A stretch of DNA of 64,000 bases from Alphaproteobacteria bacterium (GCA_963667705.1 OY763937.1:515821-579820); one strand, 5' to 3'. Counted from the first letter of the stretch, positions 30,060-39,800 are shown. Translations and numbers: made by a program. Notes: generated by a model from the sequence alone, not told the origin.

Positions 30060-31802
30060 TCAAGCCACCGCGGATCGCGCGACTTCATTCGCGCTTGAAT
30101 CCAGTGCGCGTTGGAAGGACTCCAGCGCATCCTCCAGCCCATCTCCCCGGTAGCGAAACTCATCGGGTATGGTCTGGTAGCGCGCCTGGGCTCGCTCGAA
30201 CGACGCCTGTCTCCGATTACTGAATTCCTCCGCCTCCGAAACGCGGTCAGGCACCGCCTCTGGGAACATCTGCAGCTCGCTCCTCAGGAAGCTCAGAAAG
30301 TCATGGATGGCGATCTGCTGACGGCCGATCCGCTCGAAGTGGTGACCCATGGCCGCCAGGTAGATCGCGTCCGGCAGCATGCGGGGGTAGTCCTTGGAGA
30401 CCTTGCCGATGAACTTCGAATAGGCATGAAGCTGCTTGGCGGAGAGACAACGGCGAACGCGCATGAAGGCTGCATCGATGTCGTTCCTGCTCCTGGGCTT
30501 TCGAAGATGCCCGACGGGCTTCAGATGCCTGAACAGAGTGAGGCAGCGGCCGAAGTAATTCTCCAGGGTCGGATCGTAGAGTGTGGCGAGCACCCGTTTG
30601 TATCCCTCGATCAGTGTCCTGTAGTCCATCTCCGGCTTGAAGTTGAGAGGCATGGCATTGGTTCCGATCGGCGCCTCCAGAAGCCGGTTTTCCGACTTCA
30701 TGCGCTCGTACATGTCCGTGCCCTTCAAGGCGGTCAACAGGTAGATGGGGGCTACGGGAATGCCGGTCTCCTGGATGAACTCGATCTGGGCATCGAACAC
30801 GCCCTCGTCATCGCCATCCAGACCCAGGATGAACCCGCCTTGGACCTGCATCCCACGCTGCTGGATTTTTCGGACGGCAGTGAAGATGTAGTTTTCCTGG
30901 TTCTTGCTGGTGTTCTGCGGCTTCTTGGTCTTGAGTAAGGCCTTGGGGTTCGGGGTCTCGATACCGACAAACACGGTATCGAAGCCGGCCTCGATCATCG
31001 CATCCATCATTGCGTCCATCAGCGCAAGATTCGCACTCGCTTCCGTGGTCAGGGTGAAGGGATATCCCTTGCTCTTTTGCCATTCGGCTATCGCCGGCAG
31101 CAGGTTCATGGCATCCCGCTTGTTGCCGATGAAGTTGTCGTCAACCAGAAAGACCGGGCCTCGCCACCCCAGACGGTAGAGGGAATCAAGCTCCTCCGAG
31201 ACCTGTTCCGGCGACTTGGTGCGAGGCACGCGGCCATAGAGCTTGATGATGTCGCAGAACTCACAGTCGAACGGACATCCCCGAGAGAACTGCACGCTCA
31301 TGGTGGCGTAGTTCGTCAAGTCGATGAGGTCGAAGCGGGGAACCGGCGTCAGGGTCACGTCCGGCTTCCGTGTTTCCCGATAGATTCTCTTGGCCGTGCC
31401 GGCTTCCAGGTCCCGAAGGAAATCCGCAAAGATTTCCTCGGCCTCGTCCAGCACGAAGTGGTCCACGCCTGCGATGTCCTGGTGAAAGGTGGTCGGATGA
31501 GGCCCGCCGGCCACCACTGGAACGCCCGCGTCGTTGCAGCGTTCGACCACGGCTCGCAGCGACAAGTGTTGCGTGATCATCGTGGACGTGAACGCAAGAT
31601 CCGCCCACTCAAGATCGGCGTCGCGCAGCGTACTCACGTTCATGTCCACCACGCGGAGCGCATAGCCGGGAGGGAACATCGCGGCGACGGTCAGAAGCCC
31701 GAGAGGTGGAAAGGTCGCCTTGAGCCCCGACATCTCGAGCGCGTGGTCGGCCCCCCAGAAGGTCGGCGGCTGCTCCGGGTAGACGAGCAGAGCGTTCGGC
31801 AT
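30060..31802 (-). CDS. B12-binding-domain radical SAM protein with a C-terminal DUF4070 (class B radical SAM, methyltransferase-like)
   Basis: CxxxCxxC motif (SRGCPFDCEFCD), an N-terminal cobalamin-binding-like domain, and a C-terminal extension typical of the HpnR/BchE-like group. Confidence 0.85.
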   Translation of the reverse strand: MPNALLVYPEQPPTFWGADHALEMSGLKATFPPLGLLTVAAMFPPGYALRVVDMNVSTLRDADLEWADLAFTSTMITQHLSLRAVVERCNDAGVPVVAGGPHPTTFHQDIAGVDHFVLDEAEEIFADFLRDLEAGTAKRIYRETRKPDVTLTPVPRFDLIDLTNYATMSVQFSRGCPFDCEFCDIIKLYGRVPRTKSPEQVSEELDSLYRLGWRGPVFLVDDNFIGNKRDAMNLLPAIAEWQKSKGYPFTLTTEASANLALMDAMMDAMIEAGFDTVFVGIETPNPKALLKTKKPQNTSKNQENYIFTAVRKIQQRGMQVQGGFILGLDGDDEGVFDAQIEFIQETGIPVAPIYLLTALKGTDMYERMKSENRLLEAPIGTNAMPLNFKPEMDYRTLIEGYKRVLATLYDPTLENYFGRCLTLFRHLKPVGHLRKPRSRNDIDAAFMRVRRCLSAKQLHAYSKFIGKVSKDYPRMLPDAIYLAAMGHHFERIGRQQIAIHDFLSFLRSELQMFPEAVPDRVSEAEEFSNRRQASFERAQARYQTIPDEFRYRGDGLEDALESFQRALDSSANEVARSAVA

Positions 31803-32403
31803 GAGCGTGACCGGCCCCTGTCAACTGGCCGGCTCGTATGTTAGTGCATTGCCGACTTATGGGCCAAGTGAGCTGACGAGGGGGTGTGGACTGCGGTCGG
31901 ACAGAACTTCGGCAAGCGCACGGCGCCCTCAAGTTGTTGTTGGCGGTCACTTAAAGGCGCGGATATTCGATCAACAATGGCGGCTGGGCGGTTATCAGCC
32001 GAGGGACCTGTAATCCTAAATCCGGTAGTTGCCGACGATGGACAGCCGGTTTTCGGGGCGGACTTCATCCCGCCAGCGCTGCCTGAGGCGGCGGGAGCCA
32101 GGGTTGTCGGCCCGAACTGCGGCAGCAGAGGTACTTCTTGAGCGCTTCCGCTTGGATTCGGCGCCAGCGATAATCGGCACTCGACTGCTCCGCACCCCGC
32201 ATCAGCGTATCGAAGAAGCCGGTGATCCGCCGCAAGACCGCGACGACCTCGATCCGTCGCCCGTGGCTCGACATCACCGTCAGCCGCGCGACCGGCGTGG
32301 TGGTGGGTCTGGCGGCCAATCCCGTGGAGAAGAAGCGACCGGCTGGTGATCGGCTCCCGGTGGTGATCAAGATCGGCCAGGAGCACGAACAGACCCCACG
32401 GGT

Positions 32404-35400
32404 CTACATACTCAACCCTCGACTCCTGCGGAGGTGCTTTCCGAGTTTTCGGTCCCGCTTCTCCGCCTTCTCGCGCAGCTCGCGAAGTTTCTCGGGATCG
32501 TTGAGAATATGGGCGAATCCTTTCTGGTTCTCGTCCGGATCCAGGGGCTTGGCCGACGGCCTGTCGAGCGTGTGAGCGAACCCCCGTTGTTCCCGCTCGC
32601 CCTGCCGCCCGGGCCGCTGTTCAGACTTGCGGCGCGCTTCGAGAGTGTGAGCGAAGCCTTGCTTCTGCTTGGGCGTCGGCTCGGGCCGGGACTGTGATAC
32701 CTCCGGCTTTGCGGCGCGTTCGCGGTTGTCGCGGAACCGGTTGCGCAATTGCTCCACGGTGAGCTGTGCCCGGGACCTGCCGATGGTCATGGCGTCGAGG
32801 TAGGCGCCGTACCTGTCCTCGTTGGCGAGGACGGCTTCGCCGGTGGCGGCCAGCATCTCAGCCGCCTCGCGCCATTGGGGCCAGACGTCGAGACGGCTGA
32901 TGGGAAGGCCCTGCTCGCCAGCCTGAGCCTCAAGAACCTTGTACGCCTCGACATGCCGCTCCGCGGCGGCGAGATAGCTCTCGACCGTCTCGCGCGCCAC
33001 GGTCTCGTCGTCGTGATACGCGAGAAGCTCGTCGAGCACGCCGCGTGCGCGTTCGGTCAGCTCGGGATAATCGGCGAGCGCGCGGACGCGACGGATCAGC
33101 GCGTCGTATCCGTCCATCAGCAAGAGCGGAAGATCCGGTTGCTGGGAGCGTGCGACGAGATCGTTCCAGTCGCGCTGCAGCTCCCTGTAAAGCGTTCGCC
33201 AGTCGGGCGGGGGCTCGCGTTCCGGTCCGGGCGCTGCTGCTTCCGAAGTCCGGGGCGGCAGGGACTCTTCGGGAGCGGGTGCGGCGATCCCGGCCGCTAT
33301 GGTGTCGACGATCTGCGCTTCTTCGCGCGGTGCGTCCTGGCGCTTCGCGTCTTGGCGCTGCGTGTCCTGCCGCGCCCGGTGGGCGGCCCTGGTCGTCACC
33401 GACCTGAGGTACTTGCCGGCGCGCGTGTGCTGTCTGCCGAACTCCTCGATTTCGCCCCGGCCGATACCGGCGCGCTCGGCGAGCAGGCGCTCGAACACCT
33501 GCGGACGACGGCGGAACGATGCGGCCTGCTTCATCAGCGCACCGTGCCGGCCGAGAGTCTCTCGGAAAGCCGGCGTCAGCGCCACCGCGTCGCCGTCGGC
33601 GCGCGCACGCCGGCGAAGCTCGTCCCAGGCCGCCATCACTTGCGTGCGCTCCGCCGCGAACGCGTCCACGGCGGCGCCGTGGCGCCAGCCGTTGACGGCG
33701 TGACGGATTTCCTGGGCAATGCGCATGATCGCGTTGTCGTTCACGGCCACTGGTGTCTCTACTGTCGCGCGGCCCTCGGCGGATACTGCCTGCCCTTCGC
33801 CGGGTCCCTCGCGCACCGCACCCGGCTGTCGATTTGCCCCGTTCCCGACGCCGGCCCGTCCAAGCTGCGCTTGTTCGCTCGCTTCGCGCCATGCACCGTC
33901 GGTGACGTAATCGAGCGCCGCCTCCTTGGGTTGCGAGCGCGACCAGCGCTCGGCCAGATAGGCACGGATGTCGCTGTCCAGCACCGGCCGCTCGGCCTCG
34001 TCCTCGGGGAGGCTCTCGGCGATGTCGAAGACGATGGGCGAGCGGTTGACGTAGACGTCGATCCCCTCGCGGTGCCGTGTGGCTGCCGGATAGATCGTCT
34101 CCCGCGCCGGCCGGTCGTCAATCAGCAGGAAGGCGCGGTCCACCGTCAATCCCTGGGCGGACGCGATGGTCATGGCATAGCCGTAGTCGAGACGGATGTT
34201 GTCGTGGTAGTCGCGGATCTCGTCATGGCGGAACTCCACGCATCGCCCGTCGTCGGTGCGCGCGGTGATCTGAACCGATATCTCTGGTTCGGGCTCGCCC
34301 CTGTCCAGATGCGAAGCCCGCCCGGCGCGGCCACTGGCCAGCCGGTTGCGGGCTTTGCGCGTGACCGCCGCGCCTTCCACCTGCCGCGCCTCGATGTCCT
34401 CGACGGTGACCACCGTGCCGTTGAAGAGCTGCTTCTCCCACTGGGTGGCGCCGATGCGCAGCCGGTCGCCCACCGCGATCTCCAGCGGCTCGGTGACCCG
34501 CCCGTCGAGGTCGCGGCTCACCTCGATCACCGCGCGCTTGATGTCCGTCCGTTCTCCGAGCACGCGTTCCCGCATCAACCATGACAATGCGCGCGCCTCG
34601 GCCTTCGTGCGCGCCAGCACCACGGCGGATTTTTCGGGCTCGTCCTTCACGAGCCGCGCCCAGTCGTCGACCAGGCGCCTCAGCGTCTTCTCCTCGTCGT
34701 AGCAGAGATGGAGCCGGCCCCTGAGCCGCCACGCCTCGATCGCCTGCGCGGCTTCGCCGTCCCTGAGCGCTTCGGAGACCGCAACCTGCCACGGCGTGAA
34801 CAGCGGTTTGCGATCCATCGCCTCGTACTCGGCCATGATGGCGTCGCGTTCCTGCGAGCTCGTGAGTCCCGCCCTGAACCGCGCTTGCTCCGGCGTCTCC
34901 CTGTGGACATGGACGAGCACGTCCTCGAGGTCTGCTTTCTGGCGCCGGATGCGGTCGACGCGGACGCTGCCGGCGACGTCGCGGATCAACCTGAGCCCCG
35001 GACCCGCCTCGACCGGCTGCTGTTGCCTGGTGTCGCCGGCGAACACCACCTTGGCGCCGTGGCGCTCGCAGAGCTGCAGGATGTGATGCGCCTGGCGCGT
35101 GGACAGCATCCCTGCCTCGTCCACCACGATCAGGGTGTTGCGGTCGACCTCGAGTTGCCCCTTCGCCGCGAGCTTCAGCAGCTTGTCGACGCAGTAGGGA
35201 CGCGCGTCGCAGTCGTCTCCCAGCGCCACCGCCGTACGCCACGCGACGGCGGTGGGCACGATCTCGTAGCCGTGCTCCCTGTGCAGGTCGGTGATGGGCC
35301 GGAGCGTGGTGGTCTTGCCAGACCCCGCCGCGCCCTCGATCACGGCCACACGGCCGCCCATCGCGGTGGCGTGCCGGATCGCCAGAGACTGCTCCTGGCT

Positions 35401-36735
35401 CAAGGGATAGCCGCCGGCCAGGAGCGTCTCGACCTTGTGCCTGACCGCATCCTCCGGAATCCCGTGGCCGGTATCGGCGGCCATGGACGATGCCATGTCC
35501 TTCACCGCCTGTTCGAGGCCGAGGTTGTGGCGGGTGGAATAGATCTCGGTATGGGCCATGCCCGCCAGCGACTCCGCCGTGGGCTTCTTGGGCTCCAGCC
35601 GCTCGATCTCGGGGTTGCGGCGCAGCCGCTCGATGGCGGTCTTCAGAGCCTCGGGGCCGATCAGGCCGGCCGCCGCATTGGCTGCCGCCTCCACCATGTC
35701 GGGGCGCCGGAACACCGCCTCTTCCCGGGCCAGGTGGGCGGGAAGGTCGTCGAGCCGGGCGGTCAGCTCCCGGATTTCTTCTCGTCCGATCCCGGCCTCG
35801 CGGCCGGTCACGGACCGGATCAGCTCTTCGCGCTCGACAAAGCCCTGCGCCTCCTCGCGCCAGCGCCCGTGGCGTACCTCGGGATCGTTGTCGTGGGACT
35901 TGCCCGCCCGCGTCAGCTTGTTGACGCCCGCCATGCGCGAGGCGTTGCCGCGCGACGGAATGCCCAGCTCTCCGGCCTTGGCAACGATCGTCTTGCGCCG
36001 CTTCGACCAGAAGACCTGCAAGTCTTCCGGCATGCCCTCGATCCGGGTGAAGGCGGAATCGGGACCGTACTGCTCTATCCGCACGCCCAGACGCTCGCGC
36101 AGGTTCCAGGCCAGGGCGTTGCGGTAGACCGCGCCCGCAGCCTTGGCCCAGCTGTAGACCGGGTACTGGTGCATGGCCCGCCACTTGCCGTCCTCCTGCG
36201 TCCGGGCCGCGTTGAAGATGACGCAGTGGGTATGGAGCTGCGGGTCGTTCTCACGGCTGGTGCCGTGCTGGAACATCGCCGCCGCGATATCGGCAGGCAG
36301 GGCCCTGATCCGTCCCTCTCTGTCCCGGATCCGCGTATACGAGCAGTAGCGGAGCACCGTCTCTTCCAGGGCCACCCGGGCGGCGTCGTTGTGCGCCTGC
36401 TCGATCTCACCACGCAGCTCGGGATCGGCGACGGCCCAGAGCGCGGACACGCTCTTGTCGGCCGAGAAGGTCATGTCGAGTCCCGCCGAGCGGTTCTCGC
36501 TGCCTGCGTTCCTGGTGAGTTTCTGGGACCCGTCCGGCGCGAAGCCGTGGTAGAGCCGGTGGAAGTCGCTGCTGTCGACCTTGCCGCCGTTCTCGAGGCC
36601 GAGCAGGCCCGCAGGATTGAACCAAACCCCGTCCGGCTCCTCGCCGGCCGTGTAGTACTCGTTGGGATGGCGGAACGAGCGCTGGCTCTCCAGGTAATAG
36701 GCGGCAGACGCGGCCTGCGCGAGGGTGGCTACCAC
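32404..36735 (-). CDS. traA: Conjugative relaxase-helicase TraA (MobF/TrwC family, Ti-plasmid type)
   Basis: The N-terminal relaxase domain has histidine-triad-like HTHCVIFN and YY motifs. A central RecD-like helicase carries Walker A (GAAGSGKTT) and Walker B (VVDEAGM). 1443 aa. GTG start. Confidence 0.9.
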   Translation of the reverse strand: MVATLAQAASAAYYLESQRSFRHPNEYYTAGEEPDGVWFNPAGLLGLENGGKVDSSDFHRLYHGFAPDGSQKLTRNAGSENRSAGLDMTFSADKSVSALWAVADPELRGEIEQAHNDAARVALEETVLRYCSYTRIRDREGRIRALPADIAAAMFQHGTSRENDPQLHTHCVIFNAARTQEDGKWRAMHQYPVYSWAKAAGAVYRNALAWNLRERLGVRIEQYGPDSAFTRIEGMPEDLQVFWSKRRKTIVAKAGELGIPSRGNASRMAGVNKLTRAGKSHDNDPEVRHGRWREEAQGFVEREELIRSVTGREAGIGREEIRELTARLDDLPAHLAREEAVFRRPDMVEAAANAAAGLIGPEALKTAIERLRRNPEIERLEPKKPTAESLAGMAHTEIYSTRHNLGLEQAVKDMASSMAADTGHGIPEDAVRHKVETLLAGGYPLSQEQSLAIRHATAMGGRVAVIEGAAGSGKTTTLRPITDLHREHGYEIVPTAVAWRTAVALGDDCDARPYCVDKLLKLAAKGQLEVDRNTLIVVDEAGMLSTRQAHHILQLCERHGAKVVFAGDTRQQQPVEAGPGLRLIRDVAGSVRVDRIRRQKADLEDVLVHVHRETPEQARFRAGLTSSQERDAIMAEYEAMDRKPLFTPWQVAVSEALRDGEAAQAIEAWRLRGRLHLCYDEEKTLRRLVDDWARLVKDEPEKSAVVLARTKAEARALSWLMRERVLGERTDIKRAVIEVSRDLDGRVTEPLEIAVGDRLRIGATQWEKQLFNGTVVTVEDIEARQVEGAAVTRKARNRLASGRAGRASHLDRGEPEPEISVQITARTDDGRCVEFRHDEIRDYHDNIRLDYGYAMTIASAQGLTVDRAFLLIDDRPARETIYPAATRHREGIDVYVNRSPIVFDIAESLPEDEAERPVLDSDIRAYLAERWSRSQPKEAALDYVTDGAWREASEQAQLGRAGVGNGANRQPGAVREGPGEGQAVSAEGRATVETPVAVNDNAIMRIAQEIRHAVNGWRHGAAVDAFAAERTQVMAAWDELRRRARADGDAVALTPAFRETLGRHGALMKQAASFRRRPQVFERLLAERAGIGRGEIEEFGRQHTRAGKYLRSVTTRAAHRARQDTQRQDAKRQDAPREEAQIVDTIAAGIAAPAPEESLPPRTSEAAAPGPEREPPPDWRTLYRELQRDWNDLVARSQQPDLPLLLMDGYDALIRRVRALADYPELTERARGVLDELLAYHDDETVARETVESYLAAAERHVEAYKVLEAQAGEQGLPISRLDVWPQWREAAEMLAATGEAVLANEDRYGAYLDAMTIGRSRAQLTVEQLRNRFRDNRERAAKPEVSQSRPEPTPKQKQGFAHTLEARRKSEQRPGRQGEREQRGFAHTLDRPSAKPLDPDENQKGFAHILNDPEKLRELREKAEKRDRKLGKHLRRSRGLSM

Positions 36736-36913
36736 TGCGGGCCTCGCACAGCGTTTCGTCCGGGAGCGATCCAGCAGACGGGCGACGGCACCCCGTCCGG
36801 CACCGGCATGATGACCATCTCCATCGGAGGCGAATCTCTCATGAACGTCAGACCCTTACACGTATTGACGGAACATTGTGCTGTCCATGTCGTACCATAT
36901 AGGCTATGTATCC

Positions 36914-36946
36914 CGGCACAGCGCACCTTGGTGCATAGGTGTGCCG
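36914..36946. promoter_or_regulatory. Candidate oriT inverted repeat (CGGCACAGCGCACC/TTGGTGCATAGGTGTGCCG) in the traA-traC divergent intergenic region
   Basis: A nested palindrome in the region where Ti-type oriT sites lie, between divergent traA and traC. Confidence 0.3.
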
Positions 36947-37061
36947 AGTCACATACGCAAACATCAGTAGACCGTCAACGAAATTCAACATCGGAGCGAA
37001 GAATCGCGCCAGGCTTGCGGGCCGCACAAAGACGGAAAGCGCTCGCTTGCGTGCGGAAGCC

Positions 37062-37448
37062 ATGGCGGTCTTGACCGAGTGGAGGGCGCGGAGGATCATG
37101 CGCAACGCTCTGGAATCGCTAAACTTTGCGGACGGAGGAATCATGGTGGTCAGGCGCTACAACGAATCGGACATCGACTTCGAGGCCATCGATGCGGACC
37201 TTGCGAAGCTGGCGCCGCCAAAGCTGAGCCTGAAGGACGTGCTGGACCGCTTGCGGGAGCGCATGCTCGAGCAGCGGGCCAGGGGCGTGACGGTGGCTCA
37301 GATGCACGAGGTTCTGAAGGCGCGCGGCATCGAAATGGGTGAGCGCAGTCTCAAGGCGTTCCTCGACAAGGGAGAGCTGCCGGGACGCAAGGCGGCGAAG
37401 GTCGCGGCGCAGATCGGCGGCGGGGATTCGGAGGGAGATCCCTTCTGA
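37062..37448 (+). CDS. Small relaxosome accessory-like protein (TraC/TraD-position gene), divergent from traA
   Basis: Position and orientation match traC of Ti-type Dtr modules. No sequence motif recognised. The start is uncertain (ATG 37062 or 37098). Confidence 0.35.
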   Translation: MAVLTEWRARRIMRNALESLNFADGGIMVVRRYNESDIDFEAIDADLAKLAPPKLSLKDVLDRLRERMLEQRARGVTVAQMHEVLKARGIEMGERSLKAFLDKGELPGRKAAKVAAQIGGGDSEGDPF

Positions 37449-37824
37449 GCTGACGGCAGGTGATGGCGCGCAAGCGCCGAGCCGGATACCGGGACAGACG
37501 CATAGCGACGATTCAGAGCGTCGAGCCGGGGACGGCGATGCGTCGTGCGCAGCACGGCGAGCCGTGGGGCGGTGCCTGACACACACTCTATTGGAGATGA
37601 AGCAGGCGAGCGTTCGGCGAAGCCGCGCATGCGGCGAGCCGGGCGCGAGGCTGCGGCGGACCGAAGGGCAACAGGCGGCAACGGGAGAGCGCGAGCGGCG
37701 AAGCGAAGCCGCTTATGCGGCGAGCTCGCCGCGATGCGCGACGGCGGGCACGGAGCAGGAATAGAAGGCCGGTCCCTCGCCGAAGCAAAGGACCGACCTC
37801 GATGGCGAAGAGGAAAGCGCCGCC

Positions 37825-38760
37825 TCATGCGCGCCAGACCGGGATACCCATCTGCCGGGCCTTGTCCATCAGGTTGCCGGTGACGCCGCTGCCGGCGAAG
37901 GCGATCACGCCCTTGGGCAGCAGGTCGAGCAGCGCGTCGTTGCGGCGGAACGGGGCGGCGCGTCCGTGCGCCTTCCAGTCGGGGCGGACGATCACCTGGT
38001 CCACGCTGCGGGCCTCGGCCCACTTGGCCGCCACCGTCTCGATGCCGGGGGCGCCGCCGTGGACGAGGACCATGTTGCCGTGCTTGGCGCGGGTGCGGTC
38101 GAGGACGCTCCAGACGGCGGCGGGGTCTGTGACCTCCTTGCCGCCGGTGACCGCGACCAGGGTGCCCTCCGGCACGTGGCTGCTGATCTCCCGGTCCTTG
38201 CGGGCGCGCCTGTAGTCCCGCGCGTCGATCGCTGCCGAGGTCAGCGTTCCGGTCTTCGAGGTATGCGATCCGTTGCGGGGGCGCCACACGTCGCCGGTCT
38301 CAGCGCGGTAGGCGTCGGCGGCGGTTTCGCGCAGTCTCTCGAAGGCGTCCCTGCGGTCGCCGAGATTGCGCGCGCGGTCCGTGAGGAGCTGCAGCTCCCA
38401 GGCCTTCACCTCGGTCCCGTCCTGGGCGGTCTCGAGGTCCTTCATCTCCGGGGTAATGCGGTCCACCGCGCGGTCGAGGCGGCCGATCTGTGCATGGAAG
38501 CAGTTGACGATGCTCCAGAGGAGCGCCTCGCGCTCGTCGGCCATCTGGGTGCCGTCCACGGTGATGCCTTCCACCATGATGCGGATGGCCTCGCCGAGCG
38601 CGCCGGTGGCGTCCTCTTCGTCCCAGATCTCCCGGCTGTCGATCTCACCGCGCTCAGGCGCTGTGCCGTAGAGTGCTGCGTTCTCGCAGATGGCGGCGGT
38701 CTGTGAAGCGGTTGCGGTGTCCTGGTTCGTGTCGATCATGTCGACCTCCCTTTCGTTCAT
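37825..38760 (-). CDS. Hypothetical protein with a C-terminal SLOG/DUF2493-like nucleotide-binding-fold domain, recalled as common on Rhizobiales ICEs and plasmids
   Basis: The C-terminal region LVAVTGG...VLVHGGAPG...IAFAGSGVTGNLM resembles YspA/DUF2493-type SLOG domains. Confidence 0.4.
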   Translation of the reverse strand: MNEREVDMIDTNQDTATASQTAAICENAALYGTAPERGEIDSREIWDEEDATGALGEAIRIMVEGITVDGTQMADEREALLWSIVNCFHAQIGRLDRAVDRITPEMKDLETAQDGTEVKAWELQLLTDRARNLGDRRDAFERLRETAADAYRAETGDVWRPRNGSHTSKTGTLTSAAIDARDYRRARKDREISSHVPEGTLVAVTGGKEVTDPAAVWSVLDRTRAKHGNMVLVHGGAPGIETVAAKWAEARSVDQVIVRPDWKAHGRAAPFRRNDALLDLLPKGVIAFAGSGVTGNLMDKARQMGIPVWRA

Positions 38761-38824
38761 CCTCCGGGGCGGTGCGCCCCGTCGTGATGCGTTGTTGGGA
38801 CACGCGCCCGCAGGGCCGGCACCT

Positions 38825-39095
38825 TCTCCTAGAGTTTCTTGGACCGGATTCGGTGCGGAAGATGCCCGATTTGGTGCGGAAGTCGGCGTTCTCAGGGTCT
38901 GGGAGGGCCGGCGCGCCGCGTTGCCGGCTTGCCGCGTTACGAGTAGGCCTTCTTCAGGACTCTAGCGCCGGCCCGACACGCCGGCCCCGCGCTGAGGGGC
39001 CGGCGTGCCCCACGCGAGGCGTTGGAGGGTTCAGGCAAGCCGACTTCACGGTCGGGCATCTTCACGGCCGGTCCTAGAAACTCTTGGAGAAGGCC
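38825..39095. repeat. Imperfect palindrome of about 270 bp with roughly 60-bp arms and internal GGTGCGGAAG direct repeats
   Basis: Left arm CCTTCTCCTAGAGTTTCTTGGACCGG...GGTGCGGAAGATGCCCGA...GGTGCGGAAGTCGGCG matches the reverse complement of the right arm (CGACTTCACGGTCGGGCATCTTCACGG...CCGGTCCTAGAAACTCTTGGAGAAGG). Confidence 0.6.
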
Positions 39096-39362
39096 GGAAC
39101 GGAGCGCAGCGGAGTGGAGGACCCGCAGGGTTGTCGGACCGAGGACGCGTGGCACAATGGCGGATCACGACGGGGTACGACCTCCCTCTCGACACGCTCG
39201 ACATCCCTTGTTGTTTCTTTCGCTGCCAGCGCATTTGCGGGATGCGGCGGGGAGGGGAACAGGGACTCCGATCTAGCTGCATGAAAGGAGGGAGCGGCCT
39301 GCCGTCGGGGTATGACGGAGGCTCGCTCCCAAGGTCGGAAAGGAGAATAGCGGTGCGCGCCG

Positions 39363-39731
39363 TCACCGCGCACTGGAGAACGCGGGATGCACCGGCGGCG
39401 AGGTCCAGGGCACGAGGTCGCGGTCGACCAGCATGCGCGCGACGGTTGGCTTGACGGCGTCGCGGTCGTCGAGCAAGCGGGGACCCCGATGGTCATCGAA
39501 CAGGTGAAGAGCATAGTAGAACCGGCCCGGCTTCGGGCTGGCGATGTCGGGGCGCTTGCTGACCGTTCCCACCGTCTGATCGAAGACCACGATATCGCAT
39601 TCATGGTCGAGGCGCCAGCGGAAGCGGATGTCACGGATCGAGAAGTCGCAGCTCGACATGGCGTGTCTCCGGGGAGGAAACGGGAGCGCGAGCGCGCGCT
39701 TGGGCGCGCCGCGCCCCGGTCGTTGACACAT
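39363..39731 (-). CDS. Hypothetical small protein
   Basis: ORF with reasonable composition in the conjugation-module region. No motif recognised. Confidence 0.3.
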   Translation of the reverse strand: MCQRPGRGAPKRALALPFPPRRHAMSSCDFSIRDIRFRWRLDHECDIVVFDQTVGTVSKRPDIASPKPGRFYYALHLFDDHRGPRLLDDRDAVKPTVARMLVDRDLVPWTSPPVHPAFSSAR

Positions 39732-39800
39732 GAGGAAGGGCCGGTCCCGAGACCCTGGGGAAGGGCGGGACCGGCCCGGAGACGGGAGGGAGGAACCCGT

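Noticed and set aside
34708-37074. 788-aa + strand ORF, and 32749-34584 (611 aa)
   Set aside because: Shadows of the traA relaxase gene.
37545-37883. 112-aa + strand ORF downstream of the traC-like gene
   Set aside because: Composition is junk-like (R/G/A). It partly overlaps the minus-strand SLOG-domain gene, and its position would have suited a TraD-like gene but there are no motifs.
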